From an uncultured Thermoplasmata archaeon (GTDB lineage: Archaea > Thermoplasmatota > Thermoplasmata > RBG-16-68-12), in the NCBI GenBank assembly GCA_963768855.1, contig CAVYJM010000010.1, positions 1-64,000 on the forward strand: a DNA stretch of 64,000 nucleotides, read 5' to 3'. Positions 37,752 to 47,240 of the stretch are shown in pieces. The number at the start of each line of letters is the position of its first letter. The stretch's first letter is position 1. The notes under the pieces are model-generated. The model was given only the letters and a program-made list of their open reading frames with translations. It did not search any database and was not told where the DNA came from. Position numbers and translations under genes: made by a program.

Positions 37752-38234
37752 ATGGGAAACCTGAGAAGAATCGTGGGCGTGGGCCTGGCCGTCGCCTTGG
37801 TGGCGACGCTCGCAGTCTACGTGCTCATCCCCAAGACGGGGACCACCGCGAACAACGTGGTGGTCAATGAGCCGCAGAGCCCAACGAGCGGCGGCACGAC
37901 CAGCACGACGACCGGTGGTCACGGCCACGGCGGCCATGCCGGCGGATCGGGCACGACCCCGACACCGTCGACCCCGCCGACGAGGCCGCCGAAAGCCCAT
38001 GGGCAGAACAGCAACGGGCCCAAGCACGTGATCTGCCTGCCCGTGAAGGACCACTCGGGCAACGGGGTCTCGGAGTACCAGGGCGCGAACCAGTACCGCG
38101 GACAGTGCGCGGCTGGGTCGGCGCTCGGCGCCCAAGGCCACGGACACCAGGCAACGGCCTCGACCGGGGATGTCGCATCGGCGCAGGCGCTCTTCCGCGC
38201 ACACGCCAAGAACGGCAGCCACGGGAGCAACTGA
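37752..38234 (+). CDS. Membrane-anchored or secreted Gly/Thr/His-rich protein
   Basis: N-terminal hydrophobic helix, low-complexity T/G/H/P tracts; GAAGGA RBS. Confidence 0.55.
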   Translation: MGNLRRIVGVGLAVALVATLAVYVLIPKTGTTANNVVVNEPQSPTSGGTTSTTTGGHGHGGHAGGSGTTPTPSTPPTRPPKAHGQNSNGPKHVICLPVKDHSGNGVSEYQGANQYRGQCAAGSALGAQGHGHQATASTGDVASAQALFRAHAKNGSHGSN

Positions 38235-38300
38235 ACCTGCTTCCCCCTCCGGGGGTGCGGCCTGGGGCCGATGCGGCCCCGGGCGCCGATTTCTGGCCTG

Positions 38301-38690
38301 CTAGCGCGAACGCCGTTTCGGATGCGGCGGCTCTGACTTCCAGATGGGTACGATCCGTTTGACCTCGTCCATCGCCCAGGCGCACGCATCGAAGGCCTCG
38401 CGGCGGTGCGCCGCCGAGCAGGCGATCGCCACGGAGTCCCCGCCGACCGGGACGCGGCCGACGCGGTGCATGATGGACATGTCTAGGACGTGGAACTTGG
38501 ACCGCGCCCGGTCGACGAGCTCCGCGAAGACCTTCTGGGCCATGGGCCCATAGGCCTCGTAGTCCAGGGCGGCCACGCCGGAATCCGCGCGGACGGAGCC
38601 GAGGAACAGGACGATCGCGCCCGCGTCCTCGCGGCGGACGCTCGCCACGACCGCCCCGACGTCGATCCGGCGTCGGGTGATCTCGATCAT
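38301..38690 (-). CDS. moaE: Molybdopterin synthase catalytic subunit
   Basis: 'GAIVLFLGSVR', 'LDYEAY..MA', 'HRVG....G..SV.IA....HR.EAF', 'K..VPIWK'. Confidence 0.92.
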   Translation of the reverse strand: MIEITRRRIDVGAVVASVRREDAGAIVLFLGSVRADSGVAALDYEAYGPMAQKVFAELVDRARSKFHVLDMSIMHRVGRVPVGGDSVAIACSAAHRREAFDACAWAMDEVKRIVPIWKSEPPHPKRRSR

Positions 38691-38938
38691 CGCGCGCCTC
38701 CGCTCACCGGGGGGAGCAGGGCGACCTCATCGTCCTCGTGCAGGACCTGGGACGGATCTGCGAGGGCCTGGTTGACCGCGAGCATCATCGTGCCGCGATG
38801 CGGGGCGAGACGCGGATGGCGTCTCAGGAAGACGTCGAGGAACTCGCCGAGCGTGGCCCCCGGATCCGCCGTCCACACGACGTCCTTCGCGCCGACGATC
38901 TCGCGGTACGTGGCGAAGAGCTTGACGCGGAAACGCAT
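38687..38938 (-). CDS. moaD: MoaD/ThiS ubiquitin-like sulfur carrier ending in GG-AR
   Basis: 'VKLFATYREIVG', 'AVNQ', 'L.EDDEVALLPPVSGG' then AR*; stop overlaps the moaE ATG. Confidence 0.85.
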   Translation of the reverse strand: MRFRVKLFATYREIVGAKDVVWTADPGATLGEFLDVFLRRHPRLAPHRGTMMLAVNQALADPSQVLHEDDEVALLPPVSGGAR

Positions 38939-38979
38939 CGGGGCGGCCGATGCCGGGGCCGCCATTTGGGGTTTGCGCC

Positions 38980-39216
38980 TCAGAATGGCGGGAGCTTCGC
39001 GAGCAGGGCCGCCCGCCGCTCCCGCAGCTCGACCGCCACCCGGTCGAAGTAGGCCGCGACCGCGGCCTCGAGCCTCGGCCGGGCGGAGGCGGAGCGGGGG
39101 GAGCCAATGTACTGAAAGACCTGGACCCGACGCCCCGCGCGCTCCTCGTACCGCCAGAAGTAGAGGTAGGGGCGTCCCCGGATCACCTTGACCGTGAGAC
39201 CGCAACCGACCTGCAT
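38980..39216 (-). CDS. 78-aa protein with a three-stranded beta-sheet DNA-binding-like motif
   Basis: 'LTVKVIRGRPYLYFWRYEERAGRRVQVFQYIG' followed by a helix; palindrome copy 3 lies 15 bp upstream. Confidence 0.6.
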   Translation of the reverse strand: MQVGCGLTVKVIRGRPYLYFWRYEERAGRRVQVFQYIGSPRSASARPRLEAAVAAYFDRVAVELRERRAALLAKLPPF

Positions 39217-39230
39217 CGCGCGTGGAACGA

Positions 39231-39252
39231 TGCAACCTTACTTAAGGTTAAC
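39231..39252. promoter_or_regulatory. Palindrome copy 3: TGCAACCTT-ACTT-AAGGTTAAC
   Basis: Between the divergent 78-aa ORF and hflX; overlaps TATA-like CTTAAGTA on the minus strand. Confidence 0.75.
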
Positions 39253-39344
39253 TCGGCCGGACTCCCGCGAATGGGCGTCATGGACCCCCACCCCACCATT
39301 TCCTGTGGAAACGCTTATCGGATGGCCCTCCCTTCGACGGAACG

Positions 39345-40595
39345 TTGGACGTCCTCCTGGTCTCCCTCACGGACGACACGAATGAGATCGCGGCCCTCAT
39401 CGATTCAGCGGGGCACCGCATCGTCGAGCGCATCGTCCAACGCCGGGACCACCCAGACCCGCAGACTTTCGTCGGGCGGGGCAAGCTGGAGGAGGTCCGG
39501 GAGCGGGTCGAGCGAGGCGACATCGTCCTCGTCGTGTTCAACGGCGAGCTCCGGCCCACGATGCACTATCACCTGGAGCAGGAACTCGGCGTCGAGTGCT
39601 ACGACCGGCTCCGCGTGCTCCTCGAGCTGTTCGCGCAGCGCGCGGCGACCCGGGAGGCGAAGCTCCAGGTCGAGCTCGCCCTCCTCCACTACGAGGTCCC
39701 GCTCCTCCGGGAATGGATCCACGAGGCGGACATCGGCGAACGCCCGGGCTTCATGGCCGGCGGCGAACTCCGCGTCGACGCGTACTACGAGACCGTGAAG
39801 CGTCGCCTGAAGAAGATCAAGGACGAGCTCGAGACGATCCGACGGGAGCGCGACGTCCGACGCCAGCTGCGGAAGGAACGCGGGTATCACCTCGTCGCCC
39901 TGGCCGGGTACGCGAACGCGGGGAAGTCGTCCCTTCTGAACGCGCTGGCGAAGGAGCACGTCGTCGTCGATTCCCGGATGTTCTCGACCCTCTCCACGAC
40001 GACCCGCACCCTGCCCGGCCCCCACCGGCGCATCCTTCTGACGGATACGATCGGGTTCGTGGACGGAGTCCCCTTCTGGATGATCGAGGCGTTCAACGCC
40101 ACGCTGGAGGAGATCTTCCAGGCCGATCTCATCCTCCTCCTCGTCGACGCGTTCGATCCGGTCGAGGAGATCCGCCGGAAAGTGCGTCTGGCGGCCCGGA
40201 CGCTGCTCCCCAAGGTCCGGGTCGAGGCGATCCTGCCCGTCCTGGCGAAGGTGGACCTCCTCCCCGCGGACGCCGTCGCGGCGAAGGCCCGCGTCCTAGC
40301 CGAATCCGAGTTCCACCAACCGCCCCTGCGCCTCTCCGCCCGCACGGGAGAGGGACTCGAGGATCTGCGCCGTGTGATCCAAGACCTGTTCGCTTATCCG
40401 GTCGAGATCCATCTGCTGCTCCCCCTGGACCCGGAAAGCGAGGCGAAGCTCCACTGGCTCCACGAGCGCACGGACGTCGTGTCCGTCGTCCACGCGCCGG
40501 ATCGGATCGAAGCGGTCGTCCGCTGCCGGCCCCAGGACGAGGCCGCCGTGCAGGAACTCGGCCGGGTCGTGCTGCGACGGGATCTCAGCTCTTGA
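39345..40595 (+). CDS. hflX: GTPase HflX
   Basis: 'F.GRGKLEE', 'EAKLQVELA', G1 'GYANAGKSS', 'FSTL.TTTR', 'DTIGF'. Confidence 0.92.
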   Translation: MDVLLVSLTDDTNEIAALIDSAGHRIVERIVQRRDHPDPQTFVGRGKLEEVRERVERGDIVLVVFNGELRPTMHYHLEQELGVECYDRLRVLLELFAQRAATREAKLQVELALLHYEVPLLREWIHEADIGERPGFMAGGELRVDAYYETVKRRLKKIKDELETIRRERDVRRQLRKERGYHLVALAGYANAGKSSLLNALAKEHVVVDSRMFSTLSTTTRTLPGPHRRILLTDTIGFVDGVPFWMIEAFNATLEEIFQADLILLLVDAFDPVEEIRRKVRLAARTLLPKVRVEAILPVLAKVDLLPADAVAAKARVLAESEFHQPPLRLSARTGEGLEDLRRVIQDLFAYPVEIHLLLPLDPESEAKLHWLHERTDVVSVVHAPDRIEAVVRCRPQDEAAVQELGRVVLRRDLSS

Positions 40596-40962
40596 TGCGG
40601 AACTCCTTCCGCTTCGCTTGATACCTCTTCTCGTAGGAGGAGGGGAGGTGGTAGTACGCGAGTTCCTCGATCCGCTTCTGATTCTTCACGAAAATCTCCT
40701 TCGACGTCGTCGTCACGAGACGGTCGAACTCCCGCTCCTTGCGGATCGTGTCGATGAAGTAGTACCCCCCGGCCAGGAGTGCGAGGAATCCGAGGAAGGC
40801 CACCCAGATCATCCAGTTCCCGATCCCGTTGTTGATGCTCTTCAGCCAGTCCGGGGTCTGGTTCGGGATGAGCCAGTAGGTGATGGAGAGGATCATGCTG
40901 AGGATGCCGAGCCCGAAGACGAGCGTGCTCAACTCGTAGCGGAAGTCTCTCAGGGAGACCAT
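40585..40962 (-). CDS. Small two-TM membrane protein
   Basis: Two hydrophobic helices plus basic C-terminus; TATA-like GCTTATG upstream. Confidence 0.6.
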   Translation of the reverse strand: MVSLRDFRYELSTLVFGLGILSMILSITYWLIPNQTPDWLKSINNGIGNWMIWVAFLGFLALLAGGYYFIDTIRKEREFDRLVTTTSKEIFVKNQKRIEELAYYHLPSSYEKRYQAKRKEFRIKS

Positions 40963-41051
40963 GCGCCGCGGGCTATGGGTGCGACGGTCATAAGCTTTGC
41001 TCGCAGCAGCCCAAGGTTCAACCTCCGAGTCTGCATCTCCTCCCTCATCCC

Positions 41052-42227
41052 ATGGTGCTTCGGACGCCTTTGTATGACTGGCACGTCGCCGCGGGTGCAC
41101 GCCTGATCGAGTTCGGCGGCTGGGAGATGCCTCTCCAGTACTCCGGGATCATCGAAGAACACCTCACCGTCCGGCGGGCCGCGGGGCTCTTCGATGTGAG
41201 TCACATGGGTAAGCTCCTGGTCCAGGGTCCGTCCGCGCACGCGTTCCTCGATGGGCTGAGCGCGAACGACGTGGCGACCATGCCCGGTCGGGCGCGCTAC
41301 ACGCATCTCCTGCGGGAAGACGGCACGACCATCGATGACCTCATCATCACCACCCTCGCCTCGGACCGGTTCTTCGTCGTCTGCAACGCGGGTCCCCGCC
41401 CCGCGGTCCTCGCCTGGCTCGAGGCGCACCGCCCCGCGGACGTGCGCATCGATGACCTGACCTTGTCCCACCTGTGCCTCGCGTTGCAGGGTCCTGAGGC
41501 GCCCGACCTGCTCCAACGGTTCACGTCCGTCGAGCTGCGCGGGGTCAAGCCGTTCTGGGGCGCGGTCTTGGACTTCGACCCGTCCCGGGGGCGGGTTGCA
41601 GTGGAAACCGAGGGGTGGGGGTCTGTGGTTCAGGACGCCCTGACGGCGGCCGCCTCGGGCTTGGAGGCCACCTCCGGTTCCGGTGGAGCCCGGTTCCTCG
41701 CCACCCATACGGGCTACACCGGGGAGATGGGGTTCGAGCTCTTTCCACCCGCAACGATGGGGCGGGGGGTCTGGGAAACCCTTCTCGCGGCCGGCGCGGA
41801 TGTCGGCATCAGGCCAATCGGCCTGGGCGCCCGCGACACCCTCCGCCTGGAAAAGGGCTACCTCTTGTCGGGGCAGGACTTCACGGGCACGCAGACCCCC
41901 CTTGAGACAAACTGTGCGTGGATCGTGAAGTGGGACCGCCCGTTCGTCGGGCGAGCGGCCCTCCAGGCTCAGCGCTCCCGGGACGACTACCCTCGGCTGG
42001 TCGGGCTGAGGCTCTTGGACCGTGGGATTCCCCGGCACGAGTGCGCGGTCCTCTCCGAAGGCTTGCCGATCGGGCGCGTCACGAGCGGCACGCTCTCGCC
42101 ATCCCTGCGCCTCGGCATCGCGCTCGCTTCCATCGATAGGGCGCATGCCGCGCCCGGCGTTCGGGTCGACGTTGACATCCGCGACACACGGCATCCCGCG
42201 CAGGTGGTCCGCCTCCCCTTCTTGTGA
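41052..42227 (+). CDS. gcvT: Glycine cleavage system aminomethyltransferase T
   Basis: 'RTPLYDWH', 'FGGWEMPLQY', 'GLFDVSHMG', 'TGYTGE.GFE', 'GLGARDTLRLEKG'. Confidence 0.92.
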   Translation: MVLRTPLYDWHVAAGARLIEFGGWEMPLQYSGIIEEHLTVRRAAGLFDVSHMGKLLVQGPSAHAFLDGLSANDVATMPGRARYTHLLREDGTTIDDLIITTLASDRFFVVCNAGPRPAVLAWLEAHRPADVRIDDLTLSHLCLALQGPEAPDLLQRFTSVELRGVKPFWGAVLDFDPSRGRVAVETEGWGSVVQDALTAAASGLEATSGSGGARFLATHTGYTGEMGFELFPPATMGRGVWETLLAAGADVGIRPIGLGARDTLRLEKGYLLSGQDFTGTQTPLETNCAWIVKWDRPFVGRAALQAQRSRDDYPRLVGLRLLDRGIPRHECAVLSEGLPIGRVTSGTLSPSLRLGIALASIDRAHAAPGVRVDVDIRDTRHPAQVVRLPFL

Positions 42228-42467
42228 ACCGCCTCCCTATGGAGAGATTTCGGTTCTCCTCAAGTCCGCACCCGCAGGGTTAAAGGCCCCCGCTGCGTTG
42301 TCAGGACCAACTGGTAACAAACATGGTAAACGAATGCCGGGCGGCTGGTAACAGACGTGCTTCAAAAAGAACTATACCCCCTCACCCTGTTCGCCGCGCC
42401 CACCCCCAGGGATGGTCCGTAACGACTGGCCTGTCCGTCACCGAACCCTGTCTGGAGAGGTTCTTCC

Positions 42468-45400
42468 ATGGAGCAGATCAAAGTTGAATCGAAGGGCATC
42501 GACGTCCTCGCCCCTGAGCCCGATCCCAAGCTGTCCGAGAACGCCCTCCGGGTCCTCGAGAAGCGATACCTGAAGCGGGATGACAAGAACAACGTCACGG
42601 AGACTCCCAAGGAGCTGTTCGTCCGCGTGGCTTGGAACCTGGCCCAGGCCGAACGCTACTACGGCGCCGACGAGACGCGCGTCGCGGAGATGGCCCGCCG
42701 TTTCTACCGCCTCATGGCCGACCTGGATTTCCTGCCGAACAGCCCTACCCTGATGAACGCGGGGCTCGAACTCCAGCAGCTGAGCGCGTGCTTCGTCCTG
42801 CCCGTCGACGACAGCCTCGCCGGAATCTTCGAGGCGCTCAAGCAGCAGGCGCTCATCCACCAGTCCGGCGGCGGCACGGGTTTCTCCTTCTCACGGCTCC
42901 GGCCCAAGGGCGACTTCGTCAAGTCCACGATGGGGGTGGCCTCGGGCCCCGTCTCATTCATGAAGATCTTCGACGAGGCGACGCAGCAGGTCAAGCAGGG
43001 GGGAAAGCGCCGCGGAGCGAACATGGGCATCCTCCGCGTAGACCACCCCGACATCCTCGAGTTCATCACGTGCAAGGACAAGACCTCGGAGATCACGAAC
43101 TTCAACATCTCCGTGGCCGTGACCGACAAGTTCATGGAGGCCGTGAAGGCCGGCACGACCTACGATCTCGTGAACCCCCGGAACAAGCAGGTCGTGAAGA
43201 AGCTCGACGCCCGCGAGGTCTTCGACAAGATCGCCTTCCAGGCGTGGAAGAACGGCGAGCCGGGACTCTTCCTCGTGGACGAGACGAACCGCCGGCAGTC
43301 GACGCCGAACGTCGGCCTGATGGAAGCGACGAATCCGTGCGTCACGGGGGACACCTTGGTGTCGACCGAACGCGGCTTGGTTTCCATGGCGGAGCTCGCA
43401 GAGAGATACCCTGATGGCGGGATTTCTATCGTAACGGACCGTCGCGTCCCCGCAGAGGTCGTCACCGAGTCCAACGGCATGCTCCTCGCCTCGCGGGACG
43501 AAGCGGAGCGCGGCACGCGGCTCGGGCCTATGCTCGCGGCTTGGCGGACGGGCGTCAAGCCCGTGTGGAGGATTACGACGAAGTCCGGGTTCGTGCTGAG
43601 CGGCACGGCGGACCACAAGGTGCTGACCACAGAGGGGTGGGTTCCGATAGGAGACTTGGTCCCAGGGGTCCACAAGGTGCTGATTCAGTCGGGCGAAGGG
43701 AAGTATACAGAGGACCGAAGCCTCCCCTTTGAGCCAATCAACGTTCACATCGGCGGCAACGGGAAGACGACGATTCTCAACCTCCCGACCAAATGGTCCC
43801 GAGAACTCGGTTTGGTGCTCGGCTGGCTCTTGGGCGACGGCTGGTTGCGGTCCGGCGACAAGAACTGCCGAGTGGGTTTTACGTTTTCGAAGAGTGACGC
43901 ACCGATGTTTGCCTCGCTCAAGCCGATCTTGAATCGATGGTACGGACGGGAAATTCGCGGCGTTCGCAGAACCAACGGCGTCTACCATCTGTCCTATCAC
44001 TCACGGTTCTTCGTCGAGTTCTTCGAGCGACTTGGCGTGAAATCTGTCGACGGTGCCGAGAAGGAAGTTCCCCGGTCCTTGTTCACCGCGCCGCGTGAAG
44101 CAGTGGTTGGATTCCTACAGGGCTTGTTCACCGCAGATGGTACTGTGAGGGATCACCGGAACTGCAACAGCTCCGGGATCGCCCTCACCTCCAAGAGCCA
44201 TGAGCTACTCCGAGGCGTGCAGTTGCTCCTCCTGGGCCTCGGAATCCGCTCCCGGATTCTGAACCGGAGTCGCGCACCTCGGAAGGCGTTGTTCAGATAT
44301 GTAACGAAGGACGGAGAGGATCGAACCTACGGCTCCGATGGTGTGTTGTATGAGCTTTTCATCTTCGGGGAGTCAAGGCAGCGATTCGAGCACGCCGTCG
44401 GATTTCTGGATGAAAAGCACGCCCAGCTATCTCACGTCCGCTATCCGCGCTTCTACCAAACGAAGTTCGAGGACAAGCTGACCGGAAAGGAACTCCTCGG
44501 GGATCGCGAGGTCTTCGATCTCACAGAAGCCTCTTCGCATTCAATGATATGCAACGGCATCGTCGTTCGGCAGTGCGGCGAGCAGCCACTCTTCCCCTAC
44601 GAGTCCTGCAACCTCGGTTCGGTCAACCTCGAGAAGCACATGGTCCGCGGCCGGGGCACGACCGGTGGGAGGTCGACTGGAAGAAGCTCGAAGCCACGAT
44701 CCGGACGACCGTCCGCATGCTCGACAACGTGATCGACATGAACGCCTACCCGGTCAAGGAAATCGAGGAGATGACGAAGGCCACGCGGAAGGTCGGCCTG
44801 GGCGTCATGGGCTTCGCGCGCATGCTCTTCATGCTCGAGGTCCCCTACGACGGCCCCGAGGGCGTCGAGTGGGGACGCAAGATTATGCGGTTCCTCCACG
44901 AGACCGGCTACGACGAGAGCCAGAAGCTCGCGGCGGAGCGCGGCACCTACCCGGCGTGGGAGGGGAGCCGCCATTGGGAGCAGGGCCTCCGGATGCGCAA
45001 CTCGTACGTGACCACGGTCGCGCCGACGGGCACCCTGTCCATGATCGCGGACACGTCCGGCGGCTGTGAGCCCGAGTTCAGCCTGATCTGGTTCAAGCGG
45101 GTCATGGAGGGTGAGGAGCTTCCATACTTCCTCGAGTACTTCGAGGAGGTCGCGCGTCGGGAGGGATTCTGGCGGGAGGACCTCGTCCAGCGGATCACGG
45201 AGAACCACGGATCGACCCGCGGCATTGCGGACATCCCGGAGAAGTGGCAGCGCGTCTTCGCCGTCGCCCACGACGTCGCGCCGGAGTGGCACGTCCGGAT
45301 GCAGGCCGCCTTCCAGGATTACTGCGACGCCGCCGTGTCCAAGACGATCAACCTTCCGAAGGAGGCGACCGCGGAGGACGTCAAGAAGGCGTACCTCCTG

Positions 45401-46075
45401 GCCTTCGACCTGAAGTGCAAGGGCATCACGGTGTACCGCGACGGCTCGCGCGAGGACCAGGTGATGAACATCGGCGTCTCGGAGACGGAGAAGCCGAAGG
45501 AAGTCAAGATCCAGGTCCCCGCGGAGGTCCCCGTGGCCCTGCGCCCGCGGCCCCGTCCGGACGTGATCACGGGCCGCACCCAGAAGATCCTGACGGGCTA
45601 CGGCGCCCTGTACGTCACGGTCAACGAGGACGACAGGGGGCTGTTCGAGGTCTTCGCCCAGATCGGCCGCGGCGGCGGGTACACCGCGTCCTTCACGGAA
45701 GGCATCGCGCGCCTCGTGTCCCTCTGCCTGCGGTCCGGCGTCCCGGTCGATGAGATCATCGACCAGCTCGAGGGTATCCGCAGCCCGCGGATCGCCGTCG
45801 ACCACGGCGAGCGGGTGTACTCCGTCCCGGATGCGGTCGCGAAGGCGATGAAGCGCCACATCGGGATGCAGAAGACCGGCGTCCAGCCGCCCGTCGAGAC
45901 ATACGACGAGCTCGGGGGCGCCGTCGAGACGGACGTCGAGCTGGAGAAGGAGTCCCGCGACGTCGAGGAGATGCTCAAGAAGGGCCTGAACCCGGAGTGC
46001 CCGGAGTGCGGGAAGCAGCTCGTGTACGAGGAGGGCTGCGTGAAGTGCCACTCCTGCGGGTACTCCGAGTGCTGA
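42468..46075 (+). CDS. nrdJ: Class II (B12-dependent) ribonucleotide reductase with an intein; one-base frameshift near 44645-44656
   Basis: 'FLPNSPTLMNAG', 'LSACFV', 'TNP/CGEQPL' split by the intein, 'ESCNLGS', 'TVAPTGT', C-terminal TSCPD-like region and CxxC..CxxC; frame changes from the 42468 ORF to the 44549 ORF. Confidence 0.9.
43338..44573 (+). mobile_element. Intein with LAGLIDADG homing endonuclease (412 aa) in nrdJ
   Basis: Starts 'CVTGDTLV', block B 'GTADHKVLT', LAGLIDADG motifs 'LGWLLGDGW' and 'FLQGLFTADG', ends 'VFDLT...HSMICNGIVVRQ' before Cys+1; codon usage more A/T-rich than flanks. Confidence 0.9.
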
Positions 46076-46130
46076 TTCCGCCACCCCGACGGTCGAAAGG
46101 GAGAAGTGCCCGCGCGGCTACCCGGGTTCG

Positions 46131-47126
46131 ATGGCCCGCGTCCTCTTCACCTGCTCAATGGACGCCGAGCGCCGTGCGGTCCTCGCGGAGCGGAACCGGG
46201 ACGCGTTCGAGGCCGTGATCCTCGACGATCTGCCGGAGCCTTCGCGGGTCACGGCCTGGTCCCAGGCGGACGTCCTCGTCACGACGGGCTTCGGGCGCGA
46301 GATTCCCGACGACCTGGCGGCTCGCGCGCCGCGCCTCCGGATGCTCCAGACCTTGGTCGCCGGGGTCGACCACCTGCCGTACCGCTCCCTGCCGAAATCT
46401 CTCCTCGTGTGCGGGAACGCGGGTGCGTACAACACCTCCGTGGGGGAGCACGCGATGGCGCTCCTGCTCTCCGCGGCGAAGGACGTCCCGCAGCGGACCC
46501 GCGAGATCGCGGCCGGCGTGTTCGACCAGAACGCACCGAGCAAAGCCCTCTCCGGCGCGACGGTCCTGATCCTCGGAATGGGCGGGATCGGGACGACCGT
46601 CGCGGGTGCGTGCAAGGCCTTCCGGATGCACGTGATTGGCGTCAGCCGGTCCGGGACGCTCGTCGCGCCCGCGGACGAGGCGGGCACCTTGGCGGACGTC
46701 CCCCGTCTCCTCCCCCGGGCCGACTACGTCGTCCTCGCGCTGCCCCTCACCGCGACGACCGTGGGCCTCGTGAACCGAGCGTTCCTGTCCGCGATGAAGG
46801 ACGACGCGGTCCTCGTGAACATCGCCCGCGGCCGGATGGTCGTCGAGGACGACTTGTTCGAGCACCTGCGCGCCCATCCGGACTTCCGCGCCGCGCTGGA
46901 CGTCTGGTGGGTCTACCCGGCCGGGACGTCCGGTCGACCCTTCCATCGCCCGTTCCACGAACTCCTGAACGTGATCATGACCCCGCACAACGCGAACGCG
47001 ATCCCGGGGCAGCGCCGGTGGGCCATGGAGGCGGCCCTCGACAACGTCCTCCGATTCCTGCACGGGGAGACGCCCCGGAACGTCGTGGACGTGACAGAAT
47101 ATGACACTGGCGCCGGGTCCCGTTAA
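46131..47126 (+). CDS. D-isomer-specific 2-hydroxyacid dehydrogenase
   Basis: 'AGVDH', 'ILGMGGIG', 'LVNIARG', 'LDVWW.YP', 'TPHNA'. Confidence 0.88.
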   Translation: MARVLFTCSMDAERRAVLAERNRDAFEAVILDDLPEPSRVTAWSQADVLVTTGFGREIPDDLAARAPRLRMLQTLVAGVDHLPYRSLPKSLLVCGNAGAYNTSVGEHAMALLLSAAKDVPQRTREIAAGVFDQNAPSKALSGATVLILGMGGIGTTVAGACKAFRMHVIGVSRSGTLVAPADEAGTLADVPRLLPRADYVVLALPLTATTVGLVNRAFLSAMKDDAVLVNIARGRMVVEDDLFEHLRAHPDFRAALDVWWVYPAGTSGRPFHRPFHELLNVIMTPHNANAIPGQRRWAMEAALDNVLRFLHGETPRNVVDVTEYDTGAGSR

Positions 47127-47240
47127 CCGATGGGCGCCGTTACCCCCTAGACAATACCTTGTGACATAAAGGCTTAAAAGGGGTCCCCCCTACTTGCCGG
47201 CACTCCCGATATCCACGTGTGATGTCCGGGAGGTGTGTCT

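Noticed and set aside
41013-41024. AAGGTTCAACCT upstream of gcvT as a fifth palindrome copy
   Set aside because: Half-sites are in the opposite order with a 1-bp centre, so the geometry does not match AACCTT-N4-AAGGTT.
44640-44660. Programmed -1 ribosomal frameshift in nrdJ
   Set aside because: No X-XXY-YYZ slippery site; a single-base error in a GC run is more parsimonious.
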